From Proteromonas lacertae (Eukaryota), in NCBI GenBank assembly GCA_002245135.1, contig NGBS01000012.1, positions 1 through 64,000 on the forward strand: 64,000 nt of DNA. The letters are read 5' to 3'. The notes under the pieces were generated by a model. That model saw only the letters and a list, made by a program, of their open reading frames with translations. It had not been told where the DNA came from and made no database searches. This document shows positions 1 to 12,404 of this stretch, one piece after another; positions within the stretch are counted from its first letter, which is position 1; each line of letters opens with the position of its first letter. Made by a program: the position numbers and the translations under genes.

Positions 1-3000
1 AGTTTTGGTTAGAAATTAATAATTTAGCTGAGATGGAAATTATGGCAGCTGATACTGAAGACAACTTAAAAGAAAATGAAAATAAGTTGAAATTAATGTA
101 TTATAGAGTAATGAAATTATCAATAAAACGAGGAGAATCTCATCAAACAATAAGTGTTGTATTGGAAAGAAATGCGGATCAAAGTTATTCAATTTATTTA
201 TATGATGAAGTATGGATAATTAACCATAGTGGAAGTGATATGTATTTAACCAGTAAAAAGAATGATAAAAATGCAATTTCAATACCTTCAACACAAGTAT
301 CTTTAACTGATATTAAGCCAGATGAAAAAGAAAAAGAGAATATTCCAAAGAATATAACAATTCCTATGAGTTTTACTACATCATCTAATGATAATAGATT
401 ATTCTTTACTTTAGATAAAAGTATATCTACTACATCTGAACCATTTAATCCTAAAACTGTTGGTATGATGTCCATATAGAATTCCAATTAGTAAGAGTGA
501 AGGAGATAAAGAATATATTATTGCTTCTTATTTAGGTAGAAGTTTATTCAGCCATACTTCAATCATTGAAATTAGACCAAAATATTGGGTTTGGAATAGA
601 TCTGAAACTGATATATCAATTAAACCAATATAAACAGAGTAAAGAGATTAAGGTAAATGCTAATACTTCTATTCCATTTAATTGGACTTGTATTGATGAT
701 AAAAACAACAATAATATGTTATTACAATTTACACCTGTTAATGGTAAAGAAGGAGATGATAGTTCTTATGAATATAGATGGAGTGGATTATGTAAAATTG
801 ATACTTTAACTGTACCAATCATTATAAAGAGTAATAATAAAGAGAATAAAGATAGAAAATACTATACAATTAGTCATACTGTTAGTAATGACAGTATAGT
901 GTTTATCATTCAAAAATTGGAAATAGAAAATTCTAATTTCATGTTTTATAATAATACTAGTCGTTATTCTATTATAGCACATCCTCGTCATTGTGATTAT
1001 TCAAATACAATTGAAATTAAACCATTAGAACATAAAGGATATGCATGGAAAGAACCATTAAAATCTTCACTTATTGTATTATCAATTCTTCCAGATAATC
1101 CAATGGAAATAAATAAATATAAATTAGAAGATTATGAACCATGTTCTACTTATACAAATATAATGTCTTTTGACAAAAATACTGAGCAAAAAATATTCAA
1201 AATTGGTGATACTGAAATTACAGCAACTGTTCATTATGAGAATGGTAAAAAGGTGATAATATTTGATGATAAACACTTCACTATTACAAGTTTATCAGAT
1301 ATAAACCATAATTTGAAGATAATGAATAGAATAAAGTTGAATATTGATGAAGAAATGAAAAAATTAGAAACAGAAAGATTGGAAATTGAAAAAGAGAAAG
1401 AAGAGAGTAAGAATTTAATTATTCAATTATTACATTGTAATGGAGTAGTAAGAGAAAAAGATAATAATTATTATTGTGTAATAGAATGTGATGGTCAAAA
1501 ATATAGAAGTAATAATGTACAAAAAACACCAAATCCATACTTTAACAAATATCAAGAAATACCAAATGTCAAAAGTAATGAAGTTAAGATTATTGTTTAT
1601 TTAGCAAAAGATAATAGTTATTATGGTAATCCAATAATGTTGAATTTAGATGATTTTGAAGTGAATAAACCATATTATAAACATATACATATATCTCCAC
1701 AATGTTCTTTATTATTCAATATTGTCAGTTGTTCAAATATAAAATTAGGTAAAAATATATTACAGAATTATTTGTATGATTTACATAAGACTGAATTAAC
1801 AACAATATCCAAGAAATTATTAGAAAATGAATTGAAGATAAAGAGTGGAAAACAAATCAATAGTGGAAAAACAGAAACAGTAATGAAAATACAAGTAACC
1901 AATGCTCATATTCCATTTGAAGGATATGTATATGCAGTAATCCAAACACAGAATAGTGATAAATTCTCCACTGTAGATAATTACGTTGAGATTGAAGATA
2001 TTAGTGAAGATATTGGTGAATTAACTCCAGTAACAGTTACAATAGATAACTATACACCTGAAAAATTAAAAATCTCTTTGATAAATGATGAATTTTATGT
2101 TTCTAATGTCAGTAAAGATTATGGTATTTATTACAACATAGAAATAGGTTCAGAAGTAAAACAAATTGATGATCATTCGTTAGATAATATGTCATTGAAA
2201 GATGTGATAGATTTATTAGGTGAAAAGACATCACATAAAATCACATTAATTCAAAATGTGAGAACTCAAGGTTATGGAACAGTTCAATGGGAAGATTTAT
2301 ATATTCTTCGACATACACTCGATAAAAACGATTCGATTCAAATCTCAATATTTGGTCAATCAGAGAATCTGGTAAGTGATAGTAACAAAGGAAATATCTT
2401 AACATTTACAGGAGAGATAGTAAAAGATGAACCATTAACAAATTTAGGTCAAAAATCTCCAAATGATATATTATTGGGAAGTACAATAATCCAATTCAAT
2501 CCTGATGAATTACAAAGTGTGATATTAATAAATGAGAATGGAAGTTCAATCAATTTATCAATCTCTTATGAAACATTAAATACAAAACTATCTGTGATGG
2601 ATATAAACTGTAAATGCAATATTCGTGGAATTGGTATTTCCTTTATATCCTCTGAACCTCATGATTTATTATACTTCACAATGAGAGAATTAAATGGAAA
2701 TATATCTTATAATACATTAGGTGGAATGACAATTCAAAGTTCATTGAAAACAATTCAATTAGATAATTTAATTCCCAATTGTGCTTATCCAGTGTTATTA
2801 TACACTCCAGAAAGTGATAAAAATGCATTAGAAATGAAGATTCAAAGTAAAGAAAGTAGTTTTTATGAATTAATCGAATTTAATTTACAACAATTTATAA
2901 TTCATTTCCATACAGATACATTGAAAGTGTTATATGATGAAATAAATCATTTATCAATTGAACATTTAATGAATTACGAAATTAATCCGTTAGAGAATTA

Positions 3001-4854
3001 CAGTCCATTGTTTATGTTAGATATAAATGAATATGAAAAAGATATGATTTATATAACTCATTTGAGAGTTCCTCCAATCAAATTACGAGTAACATTTACA
3101 GTTGGTGATAATAATTTCTTAGAATTTTTACCCAAAACAATTCGAGCGATAATTGGAAGTGTATTAAATATCGCTGGAAATTTAGAAGATGTAGTAATAA
3201 AAATCAATCCTTATCATACGAATTATTTATATTATTCTACTGTATATATTATTATTATTATTATTATAAATAGATGTTATTAATCTACAATGTAATTGGT
3301 CATTATTACAAACAATTTGTACTTCAAGGCTTGAAAGTATTTGGTAGTTTAGATGTGATAGGAAATCCATTTGGTTTAGTAAAGAATATTGGAATTGGAT
3401 TTCGAGATTTATTTTATGAACCAGCAAAAGGTTTAACTAAAAGTCCAGCAGCATTTGGTAAAGGAATAAAGAAAGGAGGAGTATCTTTTGCAAAACATAC
3501 AGCTGGTGGAGTATTAAATACAGTTGGTAAATTAACAAATACAGTTGGTTCATTAGCTCATGGTTTAACATTAGAAAAAAGAAAAGAGCCAATTCATAGT
3601 AAGAATGCCAAAGCTGGAATTGAGAATGGTGGAAAAGCGATATTTAATGGATTTAAAAGTGGTTTTACTGGTTTAATAAATGATCCAAAGAAAGGTTTAA
3701 AAGAAGGAGGTGTATTAGGTTTAATGAAAGGAATAACAACTGGAGTAGTTGGATTAGCTGCAAGACCAGTAGCTGGTGTATATATTATATTATATTAATA
3801 TTAATATTAATAGATAATTGATGGAGTATCTTATACAGTAAATGGAGTAAAGAATTCAGTAAGTGGTGAAAAGGAACGAAGTTTAATTCGAAAAATGCGA
3901 TATTATGATAGTAGTCGAATAATCTATGGATATGAAGATCGAGACAGTTTAGGATTATCCATAATGCAAAAGAACAAAATGAATATAGATCAATATTTAT
4001 GGTGTGAAATCTGTAACAATCGTCAAAATGTATTAATGGTGAATAGTCAAGAAATAATTAGTTTTGATAATCGAAGTAATAAAAGACTTTATCGAATAAG
4101 TATAGATAAAGTATCAATAAAATATGATGGATGTATATTGAGTTTATTACATGATGGTAATAAAAGTGAAACTTTTATATTTCAGAGTGAAGAAACATGT
4201 GAATTTTTAAATGAATTAATAAAACAGATGAAAGAAATGGAATGTTTAGATATTGAACATATGTGGGAATTGAGACAATGGATATCTAAGAATGCTCTAT
4301 CTAATAATTCGATAAAAGAAATTGATAATAATGGTGAGAGTGAATTAAATGATGAAAATGAATTAGATAATAATAATAATATAAAAGAAAAGAAGATCGA
4401 AATGGAGAAATTGAAGATAATTGATATGAGATTCGTAGGTCATGATAGCCATAAAGAAGATAAAGATATAATAGGAAGTGCTCGTAGTTTTATAGTTTAT
4501 CGATTAGAAATGATAAGTGAAAATAATGTTTATAGTTTTAATACATTTAAAAGATGGAGTCAATTACAATGGTTATTCGATAAACTTCATAGTTTAGATA
4601 AAAATATAAAAATTCCCAAAGAAAATCTATTTAAAGCGTTTGGAACAAGTATGAAATATATATATATTATAATTATATTCTGAATAGAAGTTCATTTAAA
4701 ATCGAAAGATGATAGTGGTTTAATAAAAGAAAGATCTGAAGCGATAATTCATAATATAGAAGTAATAAAGAAGAATAAATGGTTAGAGAGTAATACTATG
4801 TTGATAAATTTCTTGAAAGAAGATGCAATAAATGTGAAAAGAATAAGTGAATGA
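1..4854 (+). CDS. VPS13: VPS13-family lipid transfer protein, 3' part (VAB/SHR-BD repeats, C2, PDZ-like, VPS13_C/ATG_C, PH-like, C-terminal PX-like); 5' end outside window
   Basis: Motifs GISFIS..DLLYFT, IQLDNLIPNCAYPVLL, VFGSLDVIGNPFGLVKNIGIGFRDLFYEP and the Gly-rich GLMKGITTGVVGLAARPVAG. Introns 3242-3273, 3777-3813, 4649-4687; stop TGA 4852-4854; two apparent +1 frameshifts near 471 and 627. Confidence 0.92.
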
Positions 4855-4914
4855 GATGTTTGAATAATAAAAATATAACAATAATAATATTTGATTAATA
4901 ATAGAATTGTATTT

Positions 4915-7900
4915 TTATAAATTGTCATTTACTTTTTTCAACATTTCTTCAAATTCTATCCTCTGAAATTCATCTTCAACACTGGATATGTATTTACTTG
5001 CTTCATTCAAATATTTCTTTGATTCTTCATAATCTTTCTATTTTCATTATAATCACATTCATATATATACAATATCAAAATAACATTCACCCATTTCATT
5101 ATTACATCTAAATCTCTCATAATCACTTTTAGCTAATTTTAATGCATTATTATATTGTTCTTTAGCTTCATCAATAGTACCTAGCTTAAATAAATACTTA
5201 CACACATATATATAATATAGGCATCTATCTTCATCTGATTCAGCAAAGTCAATTGCCGAAGTAATACAATTAAATGAGTTTTCATAATTATTCTATTATA
5301 AAACAATTGAAATATATACAAAGCCCAAATAACAATCACCTAAATTCATTAAACACATATATTTTTGTTTGTTTGTAGTTGCAAATCTTGATGCTATGTT
5401 ATAATGATCTAATGATTTTTCATACTCTTTCTATAACAAAAGTAAATCAGACACTACTATACAATATTAAAATAGCATAAACCAATATTTAAATTGCAAC
5501 TATAATTCTCTTCATCTGTTGATGCAAGATTTAATGCACATTCAAAATAATCTTTTGCTTTTTCATATTCCCTCTATAATAATAATAATAATTGTTTATA
5601 ATCATACAATCTTCAAATCACAAACACCTATTCTAAAGTTGCATAAGTAAATCTTTTCATTTGTGGAAGCAAAGTCTAAAGCAGATTCTAAATATTCAAT
5701 TGCTTTTTTAATTTCTCTCTATATTATCATTTATATCAAGTATAATACTGTTAGTTCATAAAAATTACTGATAGTGAAACAACATTCGTATTTTTCTTCA
5801 TTTTTAGAAGTGAATTGTAATGCAGACTCAAAATGTTCTAGTGAATTATTTAAATCACCCTATAATATGAATATTTTTATGGTTATACTAGATTGCCATA
5901 ACACAATGCTATATGGTTGTTATATAAATATTTCATTCTGTTAATATACTGCAAAGATTCTTCATCTAAAGGGTTAAGATGTTCTAATTCATAGAGATTC
6001 TCAAATGCAGTTTTAAAATATTTTATAGCTTGTTCATATTCTTCAACATTTGCACTGCACAAACCAATATTAAAGTAACAATCACATTTTTCTCTATTTG
6101 TAAATGCAAAAACTAATGCTGATTCAAAACGCTCTTTAGATTCTTTAAATTGATTCTATATATTCATTTATACACAAAATTTATACTAGATTTCGATAAC
6201 TTTCACCAATTTTGAATTTGCATTTAAATTTTTCATTATTTGTAGATGAATCATTTAGAGCAGTTACAAGGTATTCTATTGATCTTATATAATTCTTCTA
6301 TAAAGAAATAATAGATAATATATTTACTGAATTAAAACTTTCATATCCTCTTGTATAATTTTCAATGTATTTTTTTACTTTTGTAAATTTTTCAATATAT
6401 TCTTCATCTTCTATTGAGTATAAGAACTTGATTATTGAGTTGATTGTATCCAGGTTGTTATGATCAATTAAATCAATCAGTATATGTAAATCATTTAGAT
6501 ATATTTCTTTGTTCTTTTTCAATTCTACTGCATCATCTTCACCATATGGAGGATTTTCTTGATTTATTGAAGGAAATAACACCTATGATTTAAATAATAG
6601 AATATATTTATGTTTATATACAGTTGTTAATTCAATTTTCCAATACGATGAGAATTCTTTATTGCTCATTTTAATAATTTCATTCAATGTTTTACCTTCT
6701 ATAAAACCACCTCCTAAATAAAAATTCAGAATTTTAGAATCACAAAAAGAAGTATCTTCACTTGTTCCATTACTCACTGAAGTTGAAGGTAATGTTGAAT
6801 CATTATTAATATAAGCATTAACTTCTTTAAACATATCTTCAAATAATTTCTTATCATATGGATCTTCTACACCTGAAATATAAATATTTGCTTCATTCAA
6901 ATGTTTCTTGGATTCTTCATAATCTTTCTATTCTCATTATAATAATCATCATATTATATACAACATCAAAATAGCATTTACCCATTATATATTCACAACT
7001 AAATTTCTGATAATCAGTTTTGGCTAATTTTAATGCTTTCTTATATTGATCTATAGCTTGATTATTAATACCAAGTTTAAATAAACATTCACACATAAAC
7101 ATAGAACATATAAGTCTATCTTCATCAGATTCAGCAAATTCTAATCCTGAGATATAAAATCCCAAAGCTTCTTTATATTCTTTCTATAATTATTATAACT
7201 GCATAAATTATACAAGATTCATATTAATACAACCTAAGTTTATACTACATTTGTGTTTATTTTTTTTATTATTGCAAATTTTGACGCAGATTTATAATAC
7301 TCTATTGCTTTATCTAATTCATTCTATTGTATTATAAATAACAAATAATCATACTAGATCTGCATAACATACACCTATACCAAACACACAATTGAATTTT
7401 TCTTCATCTGATTCAGCAAATTTTAATGCATCATTCAAATGTTCAATTGATTTTATATTTTCTTTCTATAAATCAATTTATATCAACTATTATACTTTCG
7501 ATAAAAAATATCTACTTATATTAAGATAACATTCATATTTCTGTTTCTTTGTTGAGGAGAATTCTAATGCAGAATTAAAAGAATCAATTGCTCTGTCATA
7601 TTCAAGCTATAATATTAATTATATCATAATTATACTATTGCAGAATAACATTTACCTATAGTAGAATTACATTCATATTTATCTTCATTTGTTGAGGCAA
7701 ATTCTAAGGCAGAATTTAAATAGCCAAATGCTCTGTCATATTCAAGCTATAATATAAACAACTGTTAAAATCAATACTAAATATGTATAACACACACCAA
7801 GAGTGTAATTACTTTTGCATTTCTTGTCATTCATTTTAGATTTTGATGATTCTGTTAAACTACAATCATTTTCTAATAAAGATATATTATCTAATGTAGT

Positions 7901-9559
7901 TTTTAAAAAAGTAATTGACTGTCTGTATTCTTTCTATCACATTAAATAAATCATTAGTTATACAAGAGCAGCATAACATAAACCAATATAAAAGTTACAA
8001 TCACATTTTTCTTCTTTTGATGATGCAAAAACTAATGCAGATTCACAATGCTTTAATGATTCTCTGAAGTAATTCTATCACATAAAATTCTTAAGAAACA
8101 ATACAATTTCAAAATATGATTTACCTAGATTGTAATTACATTGGCGTAATTCTTCATCTGTATTAGCATTCTCTAAAGCAGATTTAAAACATTCTATTGC
8201 TTTTTCTATTTTTGCTATAAAATAAGATAAACATCCTATATACAGAATCAAAATATTTTGTAGCTTCTTTAAAATTTTCTTTGAATGTTTTTTCTTTTGC
8301 AAGTTTCTCCATATATTCTTTATCTTCTATTGAGTCTAAGAAGTTAATCATTGAGTTGAGTAGATCATCGTTGTTGTGATCAATTAAATCAATTAAGACA
8401 TGTAAATCATTTAGAAAATTGTCTTTATTCTTAATTAATTTTTTGGCGTCTTCTTTAGTATATGAAGGATTATCTTGACCTATTGAAGGAAAGAACATCT
8501 ATTATATAAATGTATTTATGTTTTTATACAAATTTAAATTCATCTTTCCAGTAGGATGAAAATTCTTCTTGTTTTATATCACAATATTCTGTCAATGTTT
8601 TACCTTCTATATTACCTTTTCCTAAATAAAACGATAAAATTAATGAATAATATGATGAAAAACTAGCTAATTCGTCTGAAGCTTCAGCTATTGATGGCGA
8701 AGAAAATGATGAATCACTTACAGAAGGAACAGGAGGAGTGTTTGATATTTTGTTTATTTCTTCTTCTATTTCATCAAGGTTTATTCTTTTATTCACATTT
8801 TTCTCTAACATTCGCTTTATTAATGCTTCTATTTGAGGAATTTTAACTCCACTTACTCTCGCAAAATCTAATTCTGTTCTTAAAAATAAATTATTTATTA
8901 TCTCCCTTTTGTTCTTTCCTTCAAAAGCAATTCTTAAGGTGTATATTTCAAACAAGATACAACCTAAAGCAAATATATCACTGGCTGTTGAATATGGAGG
9001 AGGTCTGGTTTGATATAATTCAGGAGCCATGTAACTATAAGTTCCTTTCAATACATCATCAGTACTATCAATTCCAGTTGCTAATCCAAAATCACTTATT
9101 ATTAATTCATTATGATCTCCTACTAAAATATTTCCTGGTTTTAAATCTCGATGGATTATTCCTTTACTATGAATATACTTTAAACCATTTATTAAATCTT
9201 TCATATACATCATCATTTCCTATATATCATTAATATATCATCATATATACATTTACTGAGAAATCTTCTTCTTTTTCAATCTTTTCATCTATCAGCTTCC
9301 ATAAATCACCATTTTTTAAATACTCTGTATATATATAACATTTATTTTCTTCTTCAATTATTACACTATCTTTTAGTATCAAGATATTTCGATCTCTCAA
9401 CTCTTCTAAAATCTTTATTTCATTTTTTATTGTCTCTAAATATCCTTTTTTTATTATAATCTCTTTTCTAGCTAGCTTTAAACCATTATGTCTTACTAAA
9501 CACACTTTGCTAAAACCACCTTCTCCAATTGTTTCATATTTTTCATCATTTATTTTCAT
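4915..9559 (-). CDS. Ser/Thr kinase (NEK-like) fused to two tandem [OGFr-like domain + 9 TPR-like repeats + capping helix] modules; 21 exons
   Basis: Intact kinase motifs GEGGFSKV, ARKE, HRDLKPGN, DFG, GTYSYMAPE, DIFALG. 20 phase-0 GT..AG introns of 27-39 nt traced by hand (e.g. 9220-9250, 8499-8529, 8075-8104, 6928-6961, 5038-5070). The frame runs from module 1 into module 2 within exon 6622-6927; stop at 4915-4917. Two exons are 1 nt short in A-runs. Confidence 0.85.
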
Positions 9560-9628
9560 TACGCTCTTAAATCAAATTGTTATTGTTATCAGCTAAAAAT
9601 TTAATTAAAAATTTTGATATTCAAACCT

Positions 9629-9649
9629 AAGAATCAAACCTGCATTATT
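9629..9649 (-). promoter_or_regulatory. Conserved upstream element AATAATGCAGGTTTGATTCTT (copy 1)
   Basis: Identical 21-mer at 12106-12126; lies about 70 nt upstream of ATG 9559. Confidence 0.55.
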
Positions 9650-9759
9650 TACTCATTCATAATTATATGTGGTAATATTTAGACACTGCTTGACAAATCA
9701 AAAAAATCATTATAAAGCAACAAAAAACATTGATAGAAGCAAAGAGAATAATTGTTTTT

Positions 9760-12069
9760 TTATTTATCATTCAATTTATTAAATATTTCTTCTAATTCTC
9801 TATTTAACTCTTCATTTACACTTGATTTATATTTATATGCTTCACATAAATACTTCTTGGCATTTTCTATATCATTCTATTTTCAAAATAATAATAATAA
9901 TCATTATAGTATATATACTCTTTCAAAAAGAAGTTTACCCAATTTATAACTACATATAAATCTTTCAACATCTGTATTAACTGATTCTATTGCTCTATTA
10001 TAATTATCTACTGCATCATCTATCATACCAATACTATACAAACAAGCACACATATACATATTGCATAAGCACTTATCCTCATTCAATTCTACATATTCTA
10101 ATGCTAAAAGTAGGTATTCCATAGATTTTTCAATATTATTCTATTATATTAACAATTCAAATAATCATACAAGTTTCAAATAACTTGCACCTAAGTAGAA
10201 ACAACATTCGTATTTTACTCTATTTAAGCATGGTAGTTCTAAAGCCCATTTGAAATGTTCTATTGATTTTTCATAATCTTCCTATTTAATTATATAACCA
10301 TTTAAAAACTTACAATATCATAATAACAATAACCTTTTTTATATTCAAATATAAAACACTCATCTTTTGTAAATATATCTTTCACTCGAGATGAAAAATT
10401 TTCTATTAATTGTTTATATTCTTTCTATTTATATATATATATATATTATTAAAAATGAATATATACTATTTTGTTGTTACATATATCAATATTTAATTCA
10501 CAATTCTGTCTTTCTTCACTTGTTGTACATTTTTCTAGTGTTGATTGTAAATATTTCATTGACATTTTATTTTCTCTCTATCATAATATTATTCATTATA
10601 TTATACAAGAAAGGAACAATAGTTAGACATAATAGCTGAATAATATGAAAGCATTTTTTGTTTCGTTGTTGCATACTTTAATCCTTCTTCTAAATATTCT
10701 GTTGATATATCATATTCTTTCTATTATAATGTCTATAATTATATGCATACTAGAACTGAATAGCAAATAGCTATATCATAATAACAAGAGCTTTTTTCTA
10801 TATCTACATAAGATACTTCCAATGCAGATTTAAAATAATCAATTGCTTTTATGTAGTCTTGCTATTAATTCATAAAGTCAAATATATATACAACACTTTC
10901 ATAGCATTTACCTAAATAGTAAATACATGAACATTTTTCTACATTTGTATATGCAAATTGTAAAGCAGTAGTCAAACATTCTATCGATTTTTCATTCTCT
11001 TTCTATTAAAAAAAAAGTATAAGTATTAATTACTATAATCATACAAGATTGTAATAACATCTTCCAATGTTAGAGTAGCAAAGACATTTATTTTCATTTA
11101 TATAGGCAGTTTGTAATGCAACTTGATAAAACTGTATAGATACTTCATATAATCCCTATTCAAAATAATAAACAACACTTATATATACCATTATTAAGTA
11201 ATTTTCACCAATACTAGTATTACATTCAAATCTTTCTACATCATCAGTTGCCAACTCTACAGCTTTAAGTAAAAATTCTATTGATACTTCACATTCACCC
11301 TATCAAATTGATAAATAAATGAATATAAAATACAAGATCCATATAACAAAAGCCAATTTTGCTACTACATTCATATTTTTCTTTATTTGTAGATGCATAT
11401 GTCAATCCACGATAAAAATACTCTAATGCTTTAGCATATTGCTTCTAATTGTATAATAGTAAAAAATAGATTTACTGTAGAGAAATAGTTATCTCCTGTA
11501 TTTATAAATGATTTACATGTTTCTTGATCTGTTTTGGTAATTAATATCTTAGTATTATCATTAGGTATTTCATTTACATCATATGAAGGTTTTAAATATT
11601 CCAATTCCCTAAAGATGTCTACTGGAGGTTGTTCATATTTTTCTATAGATCTTTTCACTTCAATCAGTTTTTCAACATATTCATTATCTTCTATAGACGA
11701 TAAGAAGTTTATCATTGAATTGACTACATCTTTGTTGTTTTTATCAATCAAGTCAATTAGTTTATGCAAATCATTTAAATATTTGTCCTTGTTATTCTTT
11801 AATTCTGCTACTTCTTCATTTGTATATGACGGTTCTACTTGGTTGATTGAGGGAAAGAATATCTATTGTATAAACAAATATAATAAATGATATACAAATA
11901 CAAAATCATTTTTCCAGAATGAAGAAAAAACTTCTGGCTTTATTTCAACAATCTCTTTTAAGGTTTTGCCTTCAATTACTCCATTTCTTAAATAAAAATT
12001 GAGTACTAAAGAATTATAGTTAAGAGAATAATTAGCTAGTTCACTAGATGCAACACAAGGTGGTAACAT
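9760..12069 (-). CDS. Kinase-less paralog: OGFr-like domain + 11 TPR-like repeats + capping helix; 13 exons
   Basis: ATG 12069 (MLPPCVASSELA..LNFYLRNGVIEGKTL). 12 phase-0 introns of 29-42 nt (11863-11895 through 9877-9918). Repeat exons are 111 nt, with one 114 and one 222 nt; the spliced frame is open to TAA 9760-9762. Confidence 0.87.
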
Positions 12070-12105
12070 CAGAAAAAAAAAAAAGATTTGAACGAAATCA
12101 AGCCA

Positions 12106-12126
12106 AAGAATCAAACCTGCATTATT
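12106..12126 (-). promoter_or_regulatory. Conserved upstream element AATAATGCAGGTTTGATTCTT (copy 2)
   Basis: Identical to 9629-9649; about 37 nt upstream of ATG 12069. Confidence 0.55.
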
Positions 12127-12404
12127 ATTTGATGATGAAAAAGAAACTCTATTAAAGAAAAATATTCCATCTGTTTTATATCCATTTGTAGAAATAACAT
12201 ACAGTGGAGTTTATGTTGAGTTATTGTCTTTTATTCACTAATGAAGATGTAGAACAAAGAGTTTATGACTTTATTATTATTATTATTATTTTATTTTAAT
12301 TTTGTGTTGTTAAACTAAAAACAAATCATTAAAAATATTAATAATAGGAATATATATTTTTCATTTTACTTTTAATCTACTATAATCATCATCATTTTCA
12401 TTCA

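Noticed and set aside
5000..11450. The ~140-nt periodicity as a CRISPR or satellite array
   Set aside because: The period equals a 111-nt exon plus a ~30-nt intron. There is no conserved DNA repeat, no cas genes, and the context is eukaryotic.
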